The position numbers were made by a program, and so were the translations under genes. A stretch of DNA of 64,000 bases from Trueperaceae bacterium (lineage in GTDB: Bacteria; Deinococcota; Deinococci; Deinococcales; Trueperaceae), in NCBI GenBank assembly GCA_034520945.1, contig JAXHNB010000006.1, positions 480,001 to 544,000 on the forward strand, read 5' to 3'. Within the stretch, counting starts at the first letter, position 1. The number at the start of each line of letters is the position of its first letter. The notes beneath the pieces were generated by a model that was given only the letters and a program-made list of their open reading frames with translations, was not told where the DNA came from and made no database searches. Positions 27,562 through 37,213 of this stretch are shown here, piece after piece.

Positions 27562-28947
27562 ATGCGTCGCCCGGCCCGCCCGTTCTGGATCCGCACCCGG
27601 CGGGAGTTCGCCGACCTGTTGCGGGTGGCTGGGCCGCTGATCCTCGCGCAGATCGCGCAGATGAGCATGAGCCTGGTGGACACCCTGATGGCGGGACGCC
27701 TGGGCCAGGACGCCCTGGCCGGCATCGCGCTCGGAAGCGTCGTGTTCATGATGGTGTCGATCGTGTGCATGGGCGTGTTGTTCTCCGTCGCCCCGCACGT
27801 GTCGCAGGCGCATGGCGCCGGCGACGCGCCGGCCGCCGGCCGTGCGGCGCGGCAGGGCGTGTGGTTGGCGCTGCTGTTGTCCCTGCCGGCGTTCGCCCTG
27901 TTCCAGTCGGCCGAGCCGCTGCTGCTGGCGCTCGGTCAGGATGCGGGGACCGCCCACTTGGCCGGCGGGTACCTGCGGTGGGCCGCGTTCGGGTTCCCCG
28001 CATCCATGCTGCTGACCTCCCTGCGCGGCTTCCTGGAGGGGATCTCGGACACGCGCCCCGTCATGGTGGTGCTGTTGATCGGCATCGCGCTGAACGTCGT
28101 GGCCGACAACGCTCTGATGTTCGGCCGCTGGGGGTTCCCGCAGCTCGGGTTGATCGGCACCGGCGTCGCCACGGCGTTCGTGTACAGCGCCATGGCGGCG
28201 GTCGCCGCGGCGTACGTCGCCCTGCGCTACCCGGCGTACCGCGTGCTGCGGGGGTTGAGGCGGCCGGATCCGTCGATGTTGCGCGCGCTGTTCCGGATCG
28301 GGTGGCCGATCGGGCTCACACTGGGGTTCGAGGCGGGGTTGTTCTCGTTCACCGCCCTGCTGATGGGGTTGTTCGGTCAGGCGGCGCTGGCGGGGCACCA
28401 GATCGCCGTGCAGGCCGCCTCCGTCACCTTCATGATCCCCGTCGGCATCGCCATCGCGACGGGGGTGCGGGTCGGTCAGGCGGTCGGCCGGGAGGACCCC
28501 GACGGCGTGCGCCGGGCCGGCCTCATCGGCGTCGCGACGTCGGCGGCGTTCATGTTCGTCACCGCGGCGATCTTCCGGTTCGCCCCCGGGTTGGTGGTCT
28601 CCGCCTTCCTCGATCGTGGCGATCCCGCCAACGCCGACGCCGTCGCCCACGCCGTCGCCTTCCTCGGGATCGCGGCGCTGTTTCAGGTCGTGGACGGCAT
28701 CCAGGTCTCGGCGTCCGGGGCGCTTCGGGGACTGCGGGACACGCGCGCGCCGATGGCGATCTCGCTGGTGTCGTACTGGTTGGTCGGCATGAGCGTGGCC
28801 ACGGTGCTGGCCTTCCCGGTGGGATGGGAGGGGGAGGGATTGTGGGCCGGCCTGGTGGCCGGGCTCGGTTTGGCCGCCACGTTGTTGCTGCGCCGCTTCC
28901 TGCGGCTGTCGGCACGCGCCCAGAGGCGTCCCTTCGCGCGCGCCTGA
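27562..28947 (+). CDS. MATE family efflux transporter (NorM-like)
   Basis: LVDTLMAGRLG, FGRWGFPQLGLIGTGVAT, FQVVDGIQ...GALRGLRDT; start set by TATGGT 7 nt upstream. Confidence 0.92.
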   Translation: MRRPARPFWIRTRREFADLLRVAGPLILAQIAQMSMSLVDTLMAGRLGQDALAGIALGSVVFMMVSIVCMGVLFSVAPHVSQAHGAGDAPAAGRAARQGVWLALLLSLPAFALFQSAEPLLLALGQDAGTAHLAGGYLRWAAFGFPASMLLTSLRGFLEGISDTRPVMVVLLIGIALNVVADNALMFGRWGFPQLGLIGTGVATAFVYSAMAAVAAAYVALRYPAYRVLRGLRRPDPSMLRALFRIGWPIGLTLGFEAGLFSFTALLMGLFGQAALAGHQIAVQAASVTFMIPVGIAIATGVRVGQAVGREDPDGVRRAGLIGVATSAAFMFVTAAIFRFAPGLVVSAFLDRGDPANADAVAHAVAFLGIAALFQVVDGIQVSASGALRGLRDTRAPMAISLVSYWLVGMSVATVLAFPVGWEGEGLWAGLVAGLGLAATLLLRRFLRLSARAQRRPFARA

Positions 28948-28977
28948 CGCGCGGGCGGGGTGCTGTACACTGAGCGC

Positions 28978-29106
28978 GTGGAAACGTTTCTCTCGATCGC
29001 CCTGTACGCCGTGTTCGTGTTGGCCGGCCTCAGCGCGGCCGCGGCCGCATTCACGTTCGTCGGCGTCTGGCTGTCCGACCAGAGCGACGAGGACGGCGCG
29101 CACTGA
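28978..29106 (+). CDS. Small 42-aa membrane protein (not in ORF track)
   Basis: METFLSIALYAVFVLAGLSAAAAAFTFVGVWLSDQSDEDGAH; GTG 6 nt after TACACT; one TM helix and an acidic tail. Confidence 0.6.
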   Translation: METFLSIALYAVFVLAGLSAAAAAFTFVGVWLSDQSDEDGAH

Positions 29107-29216
29107 ACCAACCGGCCGAGGCCGGCGCCCCGGACGGTCGCCGCGCCCTCCTCGGGGGGGCGCGCCTGCGGGGCTACCTGGCGGGCGCCACCCTCGATCG
29201 CCGCACGGCGGCGGCC

Positions 29217-29684
29217 GTGCTGCACCGCGTCTACCTGGCGTTCTTCGCGGTGCATACGCTGGTGGCTGCGCTGCTCGCCGCCGTCGCCGGCGCGCTGGCG
29301 CGCGTGCCGGCCGGCCCCGCCTCCTGGCTCGGCGGCGCGCTGGTGCTCGCCGCGTTGGTTCAGCTCGGCGCGTCGCTGGCGTTGGCCGGCCGCCTCGTCC
29401 GGGGGCCCACCGCCGTCCCGAACGACCCGGACAGGGGCGGCCCCGACGGCGCCGAGGCGCGCCGGGTCCACGCGGCCCGACGCGCGGCGGTGGGCGGCAG
29501 CGTGGCCGCCGCCGCGCTGTTCGCGGGCCCCGTCTGGTTCGCGTCGCTGGCGTGGGCGGCCGGGCAGCGCGGCGCGCCGTTCCTGCTTCTGCTCGGGGTG
29601 GGGGCGCTGGGGTTCACGCTCGGCGCCCTGCACGTTGGGCGTTTGGCCCGGCGCCTGGCCGCGGTGGCCCCGGGTCCGGCGTGA
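29217..29684 (+). CDS. Hypothetical membrane protein (about 4 TM)
   Basis: Four Ala/Leu-rich hydrophobic stretches. Confidence 0.6.
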   Translation: MLHRVYLAFFAVHTLVAALLAAVAGALARVPAGPASWLGGALVLAALVQLGASLALAGRLVRGPTAVPNDPDRGGPDGAEARRVHAARRAAVGGSVAAAALFAGPVWFASLAWAAGQRGAPFLLLLGVGALGFTLGALHVGRLARRLAAVAPGPA

Positions 29685-29889
29685 CGCGAAGGCCGGATGG
29701 GCGCCCCGCGCAGGACGCGGACCGATCGCGGGGGCCCAGCGAGGCCCGGGGACCGTCGCGGACGCCCACGAGAGGCGGGTAAACTTACCCGCGGGCGCGT
29801 GACGCCCGCCACCGGGCCCGCGGACCGACGCCCACCGGTCGGGCCCCACCCCCCATCAGGCGTCGGTCGCCCCGCGCCGAGGAGTCACC

Positions 29890-31476
29890 ATGGACGTCCG
29901 CCTGCCCTACCCTTCACGACGCATGCCCGTGCTGGCGCGCAACGTGGTCGCGACCAGCCAACCGTTGGCGGCCAGCGCAGGCGTACGGATGCTGCTGGAC
30001 GGCGGCAACGCCGTCGACGCGGCGCTGGCGACGGCGATCGCACTCACCGTGGTCGAGCCCACCTCGAACGGCATCGGCGGCGACGCGTTCGCGATCGTGT
30101 GGGACGGCCAGCGGTTGCATGGGCTCAACGCGTCGGGCCGGAGCCCCGGCGGCCTCACTGCCGAGCGCTTCGCCGGCATGGACGCCGTGCCCGCCCAGGG
30201 CGAGGACAGCCTCACCACCCCCGGCGCCGTGTCGGCCTGGACCGAGCTGCACGCCCGCTTCGGACGGCTTCCGTTCGAGTCGCTGTTCGCGCCCGCCGTT
30301 CAGTACGCCCGTGACGGCTTTCCCGTCTCGCCGCTGACCGCCCGCGCCTGGAAACGGGCCGAATCGCTCTACGGGCACCGCCCCGACTTCCGTTCCGCGT
30401 TTTTGCCCAAGGGCAAAGCGCCCGCGGCGGGCGACACCTGGCGCTTCACCGACCAGGCCGGAACCCTGGAACGGATCGCCGCCACCCGGGGCCGTGACTT
30501 CTATCAGGGCGCGCTGGCCACGCAGATCGCGTCGCACGTCCGCTCGGGCGGCGGGTTGCTCGGCGAGGAGGACCTGTTCGCCCACCAGGTGGAGTGGATG
30601 GGCACGCTGTCGACCTCGTGGCAGGGGACCGAACTGCACGAGATTCCGCCCAACGGCCAAGGGTTGGCGGCCCTCGTGGCGCTGGGCATCCTCCGGCACA
30701 CCGACGCCAGCGACATGGACGTCGACTCGGTGGCGTCGCTGCACCTGCAGATCGAAGCGATGAAGCTCGGCTTCGCCGACGCGTATCGGTACGTCGCCGA
30801 CCCGCACCACCTGGACGTGCGCCCCGCCACGCTGCTGGACGACGGCTACCTGGCCGAACGGGCCGCGTTGATCGACCCCGCGCGGGCCCAGGACCCCGGC
30901 TTCGGGGTGCCGCCCCGGAGCGGCACGGTGTACCTCGCCACCGGCGACGCGGACGGCATGATGGTGTCGTTCATCCAATCCAACTACCAAGGGTTCGGCT
31001 CCGGCGTGGTGGTGCCCGGGACCGGCATCGCCCTCCAGAACCGCGGCGCCGGCTTCACGTTGGCGGAGGGGCACCCCAACCGCGTCGGCCCCGCCAAGCG
31101 ACCGTTCCACACCATCATCCCGGGTTTCCTGATGGCGGGCGGCGAACCCCTGATGAGCTTCGGGGTGATGGGCGGACCGATGCAGCCGCAGGGACATCTG
31201 CAGATGGTGTTGCGCACCGTGACGGCGGGTCAGAACCCCCAGGCGGCCAGCGACGCGCCCCGCTGGCGCGTGGTCCAGGGCCTCGAAGTGGCCGTCGAGG
31301 ACACGCTCCCCGCGGACACCGCCGCCGGCCTCGAAGCGCTGGGTCACCGCCTGACCCCCTCCGCCCCCGAGGCGAGCTTCGGCTTCGGCGGCGCCCAACT
31401 GGTCCAGCGCCTGCCCCGAGGCGGCTACGTCGCCGGCAGCGACGGCCGCAAGGACGGTCAGGCGGTCGGGTTCTAG
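29890..31476 (+). CDS. ggt: Gamma-glutamyltransferase family protein (YwrD-like)
   Basis: GGNAVDAA, SNGIGGDAF, nucleophile Thr in SGTVYL, QSNY, KRPFHTIIP, GVMGGPMQPQGH. Confidence 0.92.
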   Translation: MDVRLPYPSRRMPVLARNVVATSQPLAASAGVRMLLDGGNAVDAALATAIALTVVEPTSNGIGGDAFAIVWDGQRLHGLNASGRSPGGLTAERFAGMDAVPAQGEDSLTTPGAVSAWTELHARFGRLPFESLFAPAVQYARDGFPVSPLTARAWKRAESLYGHRPDFRSAFLPKGKAPAAGDTWRFTDQAGTLERIAATRGRDFYQGALATQIASHVRSGGGLLGEEDLFAHQVEWMGTLSTSWQGTELHEIPPNGQGLAALVALGILRHTDASDMDVDSVASLHLQIEAMKLGFADAYRYVADPHHLDVRPATLLDDGYLAERAALIDPARAQDPGFGVPPRSGTVYLATGDADGMMVSFIQSNYQGFGSGVVVPGTGIALQNRGAGFTLAEGHPNRVGPAKRPFHTIIPGFLMAGGEPLMSFGVMGGPMQPQGHLQMVLRTVTAGQNPQAASDAPRWRVVQGLEVAVEDTLPADTAAGLEALGHRLTPSAPEASFGFGGAQLVQRLPRGGYVAGSDGRKDGQAVGF

Positions 31477-31640
31477 CGAGGATCCGCAGGGCCTGGACGC
31501 CGCAGCGTCCGGGCCCCAGCGCGCTACCCGGACGACACGCGACCCGGCGCCCGCATGGCACGCTCGCGTACGCAAGGGGCCGGTACGACGCCGGTCCGAA
31601 CCCCACGTCCCGTCCCGGCGATACGCCACGGGAGGCACAG

Positions 31641-32072
31641 ATGTCCACCGCCAAGCAGGGCGACACCGTCCAGATCCACTACACCGGCAAGCTCGACGAC
31701 GGCACCGTGTTCGACAGCAGCGAGGGCCGCGACCCGCTCACCATCACCATCGGCGAAGGCCAGGTCATTCCCGGCTTCGAACGCGCCGTCGCCGGCATGA
31801 CGGAGGGCGAGCAGAAGGAGGCCCGGCTGGAGGTCGAAGAGGCCTACGGCGAACCGCGCGACGACCTTCGCCTCGACGTCCCCCGCGAGCAGCTCCCCGA
31901 CGATCTCGAGGTGGACATCGGCACGCCCCTTCAACTGAACCAGCCCGACGGCACGCCGGTGCCGGTGACGGTCGCCGCATTGAGCGAAGAGACCGTCACA
32001 CTGGATGCGAACCACCCGCTGGCCGGCCAACCGCTCGTGTTCGACCTGACGCTGGTCGCGATCGAGGGCTGA
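31641..32072 (+). CDS. slyD: FKBP-type peptidyl-prolyl isomerase (SlyD-like)
   Basis: HYTGKLDDGTVFDSS, VIPGFE, EAYG, LDANHPLAG; GGAGG RBS. Confidence 0.92.
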   Translation: MSTAKQGDTVQIHYTGKLDDGTVFDSSEGRDPLTITIGEGQVIPGFERAVAGMTEGEQKEARLEVEEAYGEPRDDLRLDVPREQLPDDLEVDIGTPLQLNQPDGTPVPVTVAALSEETVTLDANHPLAGQPLVFDLTLVAIEG

Positions 32073-32259
32073 GCCCCGCCGGGCGGGCGCGACGCGCATC
32101 GACCTGCTCGCGCCCACCCGAACGCGGATCGTTTCCATCGAGGCGGCCGCCGCCGACGCGCTTGGCCCCGCCGTATCTACCCGCGGGCCGGCTTCTCGGA
32201 ACACCACCTGTACCACGACCGCACGCGCGCCTGAGCGGGCGGTTTCCGTGCCGGCGCTC

Positions 32260-33273
32260 TCAGTGGAAGATGCCGCCCCGGCGGCGCGCGTCCTGAAGCA
32301 GGTCGGCCATGTCGAGGGCCTTGCTGGTGCCGATCACGACGCAGTCCTCCGGTTCCTCGGCCATGGCCACGGGAATGCCGGTCACGCGACTCAGCAGCGT
32401 GTCCAGGTTCTTCAGGCGCGACCCCCCGCCGGTCATCACGATGCCGCGATCGATGACGTCGCTCACCAGCTCGGGCGGTGCCTGCTCCAGCACCTTGCGG
32501 ACGGCGCCGGCGATCTTGTCCATCGACGTGGAGAGGGCGTCGACCACGTCGTGGGTCGTGACCCGCACCGTCTTGGGCATGCCGTCGATCAGGTCGCGGC
32601 CCCGAACCTCCATCTGGCGGGGCTCCTCGCCCTCTTCCAGCGTCGCGGCGCCCACGGTGCGCTTGATCTCCTCGGCGGTGCGGTCGCCCACCAACAGGTT
32701 GTGGTGGTCCTTCACCCAGCCCATGATGTCCTTGTCGAACGAGTTGCCGGCGATGCGGAGGCTCTCCGACACCACGATGCCGCCCAGGCTGATGACCGCC
32801 ATGTCGGCCGTCCCGCCGCCGATGTCGACCACCATCGACCCCACCGGTTCGGCGATGTCGATGCCGGCCCCGATCGCGCCGGCCACGGGTTCTTCGATCA
32901 ACAACGCCTTGCGGGCCCCGATCTCGTGCACCGCCTGGAGGACCGCGCGGCGCTCGACCTCCGTGATGCCCGCCGGGATGCACACCATGATGGTGGGCCG
33001 CAGGAAGCGGCTGGGCCCGGTCAGCACCTTGCCGATGAACGCCTTGAGCATGCGTTCGGTGAGGGTGTAGTCGGCGATCACCCCGTCCGCCATGGGCCGG
33101 ACCGCAACGATGGCGCCCGGCGTGCGGCCGAGCATCAGGTAGGCCTCGCGCCCCACCGCCTTGACGTCCATGGTGTCCTTGTGCACGGCGATCACCGCCG
33201 GCTCGCGCAAGACGATTCCACGCCCTTGGACGTGGATGCGCACGTTGGTCGTGCCGAGGTCTACGCCGATCAT
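32260..33273 (-). CDS. mreB: Rod shape-determining actin-like protein MreB
   Basis: GVDLGT, RPMADGVIADY, ITEVERRAV, VDIGGGT, PPELVSD, TGGG. Confidence 0.93.
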   Translation of the reverse strand: MIGVDLGTTNVRIHVQGRGIVLREPAVIAVHKDTMDVKAVGREAYLMLGRTPGAIVAVRPMADGVIADYTLTERMLKAFIGKVLTGPSRFLRPTIMVCIPAGITEVERRAVLQAVHEIGARKALLIEEPVAGAIGAGIDIAEPVGSMVVDIGGGTADMAVISLGGIVVSESLRIAGNSFDKDIMGWVKDHHNLLVGDRTAEEIKRTVGAATLEEGEEPRQMEVRGRDLIDGMPKTVRVTTHDVVDALSTSMDKIAGAVRKVLEQAPPELVSDVIDRGIVMTGGGSRLKNLDTLLSRVTGIPVAMAEEPEDCVVIGTSKALDMADLLQDARRRGGIFH

Positions 33274-33338
33274 CGCGTCACGCTACCAGATGGGCACACG
33301 CGCTGAATCGGGTTCCGCCTCCGTGGTACCAAGGCGTC

Positions 33339-34295
33339 ATGAAGGCGATCCGACACGATACCGGCACGCTTCGCTGGACCGATGTGCCCGACCCCGTCCC
33401 GGCCGACGGCGAAGCGTTGGTCCGCGTCCACGCCACGGCCGTGAACCGCGCCGACCTGGCCCAGGTGGCGGGCCACTACCCGCCGCCGCCGGGCGCGCCC
33501 GACATCCTGGGCCTCGAGATGGCGGGCGAGGTGGTTCGTGCCCCCGAGGGCAGCAACGTTCAGCCGGGCGACGAGGTGTGGGCGCTGCTGCCCGGCGGCG
33601 GCTACGCCCAGTACGCCGCGGTGCCCGTCCGCATGCTGGTGCCCGTCCCGGATGGCATGGGCATGGAATGGGCCGCGGCACTGCCCGAGGTGCAGCTCAC
33701 GGCGTTCCTGAACCTGTTCCTCGAGGCCGGCGTTCAGGCCGGAGAACGGGCGTTGGTCCACGGCGGTGCCAGCGGGGTGGGAACCGCCGCGCTGCAGCAG
33801 CTCCGGCGCGCGGGCGTGCACGTCGCCAGCACCTCCAGCGCCGGCAAGGTGGCACGCTGCGCCGCGCTGGGGGCGGACCCGGCCCTGTCGCGCGAGGATC
33901 CGGACTGGCCCGCCCAGTTGCGCGACGCCTGGGGCGGGGTGGACGTGATCCTCGACATGGTCGGCGGGCCGGTGGCGGAGGCCAACCTGGACCTGGCGAA
34001 CCTCTCGGCACGCTGGGTGTGGATCGCGGCCCTGGGCGGCGGGGAGGTCACGCTGCCGGTGGGCACGCTGATGCGAAAACGGCTCACCCTCAAGGGCTCG
34101 GTGCTGCGCGCGCGGCCCCTCGACGAGAAGATCGCATTGCGTGACGCGTTCGTGGCCCGGTTCGCAGCGGACCTGGCGGCCGGGCGGATCGCCCCGGTGA
34201 TCGACCGCGTGCTGGACGTGCGTCAGGCGGAGGAGGCGCACCAGGCGCTGCGGCGCAACGAGACGGTCGGCAAGGTGGTGCTGCGCGTGCCGTGA
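33339..34295 (+). CDS. NAD(P)H-quinone oxidoreductase, PIG3 family
   Basis: NRADL..GHYPPPPGAPDILGLE, HGGASGVGTA, GSVLRAR. Confidence 0.9.
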   Translation: MKAIRHDTGTLRWTDVPDPVPADGEALVRVHATAVNRADLAQVAGHYPPPPGAPDILGLEMAGEVVRAPEGSNVQPGDEVWALLPGGGYAQYAAVPVRMLVPVPDGMGMEWAAALPEVQLTAFLNLFLEAGVQAGERALVHGGASGVGTAALQQLRRAGVHVASTSSAGKVARCAALGADPALSREDPDWPAQLRDAWGGVDVILDMVGGPVAEANLDLANLSARWVWIAALGGGEVTLPVGTLMRKRLTLKGSVLRARPLDEKIALRDAFVARFAADLAAGRIAPVIDRVLDVRQAEEAHQALRRNETVGKVVLRVP

Positions 34296-34321
34296 ACGTC
34301 TCCCGCCGGTAGGCTGGGCGG

Positions 34322-35080
34322 GTGGACGACCGCCCCTTCACCCGCCTGGCCGACGTGTACGACGCCATCATGGCCGAGGTCGAGTACGACGACTGGGTCG
34401 ACTTCGTCCTGCGCGAGGCCACCCGGCGCGGATTCCGCGGCGGGCGCCTGCTGGACCTGGGCTGCGGGACCGGCAACGCGACCCTCCCCGCCCACGCGCG
34501 CGGTTTCGCCGTCGAGGGTCTGGACGCCTCCCCAACGATGATCGAGGTGGCCCGCCGCAAGCTGCCGGACGCCACGTTTCACGTCGGCGACTTCCGGCGG
34601 TTCGCGACCGGCCGCCGCTACGCGCTGGCGTACTCGGTCTTCGACGCGCTGAACAACCTGCTGAGCGAACGCGACTTCCTGGCGATGCTGGCCCGGGTGC
34701 GCGCGCACCTGCTGCCGGGCGGAACGCTGGCGTTCGACTGCAACACGCGCACCGGACTGCGCGAGCTGTGGGACGGGGGCGAGGTGGAGGGATGGGCCGG
34801 CGAGGTGTACTACCGCTGGGTGCACGCCTACGACGAGGCGCGCGAGCTGGCCAGCGTGGAGGCGTACTGCCGCACGCCGGAGGGGGCCTTCACCGAGGTG
34901 CACTACGAGCGGCCCTACGACCCGCCCGAGCTGCGGCGCATGCTGGGCGCGGCCGGCTTCACCGACGTCGAGGTGCTCCGCTACCCCGACGGCCTGGATG
35001 CCGACGAGGCCGAACCGCGCGTGTGGGTGTTCGCGCGGCGCCCGGCCGGCCGCCTGGCCCGCTGGTGGCACGGGACGTGA
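34322..35080 (+). CDS. Class I SAM-dependent methyltransferase
   Basis: LLDLGCGTG motif I; FDALNNL. Confidence 0.88.
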   Translation: MDDRPFTRLADVYDAIMAEVEYDDWVDFVLREATRRGFRGGRLLDLGCGTGNATLPAHARGFAVEGLDASPTMIEVARRKLPDATFHVGDFRRFATGRRYALAYSVFDALNNLLSERDFLAMLARVRAHLLPGGTLAFDCNTRTGLRELWDGGEVEGWAGEVYYRWVHAYDEARELASVEAYCRTPEGAFTEVHYERPYDPPELRRMLGAAGFTDVEVLRYPDGLDADEAEPRVWVFARRPAGRLARWWHGT

Positions 35081-35090
35081 CGGCCGCGCG

Positions 35091-35981
35091 TCAGGCGCCG
35101 CCGCCGTCGTCCAGTCCGGCCGCCTCCCGCGCCACGCGCGCGATGTTGCTGACGTCCTCGTCGCCGTACCCCCGCCGGATCAGCCCGGTCTCCAACTGCT
35201 CGATCCAGGCGGCCAGCGGGACCGGCGTGCCCAGTCGGCGCGCGGTGTCCAGGGCGATGCCGAGATCCTTGCGGTGCAGGCGGGTCCGGAAGCCCAACGG
35301 GTAGCGCCCCTGGATCATGTTCGGGCCGCGGTGGGTGAGGCCCCACGACCCCGCCGCGCCCCCGGACACGGCAGAATGCGCGGCCTCCACGTCGATGCCG
35401 GACGCCATCGCCAGCGCCAGGCCCTCCGCCACGGCGGCGTAGGTGCCGGCGATGATCACCTGATTCACCGCCTTGCACACCTGCCCGGCGCCGACGTCGC
35501 CGACGCGGGTGAGCGTGCTGCCCAGGACCTCCAGCACCGGCCGGGCCCGTTCGATGGCGTCCTCGGGTCCCCCGATCATGATGGAGAGCGTGCCGTTGCG
35601 CGCCCCCTCGCTGCCGCCGGAGCACGGCGCGTCCACCATGGTGGCGTTGCGGGCGGCCACCTCGGCGGCGATGTGGCGCGTCCGTTCGGGGTCGATGGTG
35701 GACATGTCGACCAGGACGCTGCCCGCCTCGAGCCCGTCCCGGACGCCGTCCGGGCCCAGCACCACCTCGTCTACGTCGGGCGTGTCGCCCACCATGGTGA
35801 TGACCACGTCCGCGCCGCGGGCGGCGTCGCGCGGGGTTTCGGCGCGGGTGGCGCCGGCCTGGGCGAGGGGTTCCTCCTTCGCCCGCGTCCGGTTGTGCAC
35901 GCGCACCTCGAAGCCCGCCTCGATCAGGCGTCCCGCCATGGGTGCACCCATGGTGCCGAGCCCTACGAATCCGACCTTCAT
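35091..35981 (-). CDS. 2-hydroxy-3-oxopropionate reductase / beta-hydroxyacid dehydrogenase
   Basis: GFVGLGTMGAPMA, DAPCSGG, KAVNQ, F...HRKDL. Confidence 0.88.
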   Translation of the reverse strand: MKVGFVGLGTMGAPMAGRLIEAGFEVRVHNRTRAKEEPLAQAGATRAETPRDAARGADVVITMVGDTPDVDEVVLGPDGVRDGLEAGSVLVDMSTIDPERTRHIAAEVAARNATMVDAPCSGGSEGARNGTLSIMIGGPEDAIERARPVLEVLGSTLTRVGDVGAGQVCKAVNQVIIAGTYAAVAEGLALAMASGIDVEAAHSAVSGGAAGSWGLTHRGPNMIQGRYPLGFRTRLHRKDLGIALDTARRLGTPVPLAAWIEQLETGLIRRGYGDEDVSNIARVAREAAGLDDGGGA

Positions 35982-37213
35982 TCGCGTCCTCCTTTCGTGG
36001 TGGGGTCCTGCGCGCCATCGCGCGCCTCCCAGATCGGCGTCAGTACCTTCACGAGCCTACGCGCGACGGCCAGGTTGTGTCCCCGGACCAGCAGCCGGCG
36101 AGGCTGCGGCGCGAAGTCGGCGGGGCCGTCCATGGACCGTTCCGGAAGCGGGGTGGGCGCCCGCTCCCGCCACGCCTCGCGCCACGAGGGCGGCGTCGAG
36201 GCCGGCACCTCCACGCCCAGCATCGCGGCGTAGACGGCCGCCCAGGCGCGGGGCGCGGTGCGCCACGCGTCGTAGCCGCCGCCGCCCGTGACCAGGAGAC
36301 GGCCCTCGCACAGTTCGTCGGCCAGCGCGACCATCCGGCGCACCGCGGCGTGCATCCCTTCGATGGTGAGGGACAGGTCGGCCAGCGGGTCGTGGCGGTG
36401 CGTGTCCACGCCGGCCTGCAGCACGATCACGTCGGGCCCAAAGGCGCGCAGCGCCGCCGGCACCACCAGGTCGAACGCCTCCAGGTACGAGGCGTCCTCG
36501 GTGAACGGTTCCAGCGGCACGTTCACCGCCGCGCCGCGCCCATGGCCCGTCCCGATCTCGTAGGCGTGCCCCGAGCCGGGGAACAGGTAGCGGCCCGACT
36601 CGTGCATGCTGAGGGTGAGCACGTCCCCGCGCTCGTAGAACGCCGCCTGGACGCCGTCGCCGTGGTGCGCGTCCAGATCCACGTACGCGACCCGCTGGCC
36701 GCGGTCGGTGGCACGCAGGATGGCGAGGACCAGGTCGTTGTAGATGCAGAACCCCGACGCGCGGTCGGGCATGGCATGGTGGAGCCCCCCCGAGAACGAG
36801 GCCGCGCGCCGCGCCGTGCCGTCCAATAGGGCGTCCATCGCGGCGATCGTGCCCCCACATACGTCGGCCACCGCCCGGTGCAGCCCCTCGGCGACCGGGG
36901 TGTCCACCGTGCCGAGTCCGAATCGGAAGGCATCGCCCACGTCCTCGCCGCGGGACACGCGCTTGACCGTGTCGACGTACTCGGGCGTGTGCGCGCGCTC
37001 CAGGTCGGCGGTCCGGACGCGCGCGGGCGCCAGCAGGGCTTCATCGGGCAGCAATCCCCACGCGCGCAGAAGCGTGGTGACCAGCTCCAGCCGGACGGGC
37101 TTGAAGGGGTGATCACTGGCGAGCTGCCACGCGGCCAGGTGGGGGGCGTACACGTAGCCGACGGCGCCCCGGCGCGCGCCGTCGCCCGTGGCGTCGGGCG
37201 GCGCCGCGCTCAC
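35978..37213 (-). CDS. acuC: Acetoin utilization protein AcuC (Zn-dependent class I protein deacetylase)
   Basis: HPFKP, GGLHHA, SGFCIYND, DLDAHHGDG, FPGSG, GGGGY. Confidence 0.92.
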   Translation of the reverse strand: MSAAPPDATGDGARRGAVGYVYAPHLAAWQLASDHPFKPVRLELVTTLLRAWGLLPDEALLAPARVRTADLERAHTPEYVDTVKRVSRGEDVGDAFRFGLGTVDTPVAEGLHRAVADVCGGTIAAMDALLDGTARRAASFSGGLHHAMPDRASGFCIYNDLVLAILRATDRGQRVAYVDLDAHHGDGVQAAFYERGDVLTLSMHESGRYLFPGSGHAYEIGTGHGRGAAVNVPLEPFTEDASYLEAFDLVVPAALRAFGPDVIVLQAGVDTHRHDPLADLSLTIEGMHAAVRRMVALADELCEGRLLVTGGGGYDAWRTAPRAWAAVYAAMLGVEVPASTPPSWREAWRERAPTPLPERSMDGPADFAPQPRRLLVRGHNLAVARRLVKVLTPIWEARDGAQDPTTKGGRE

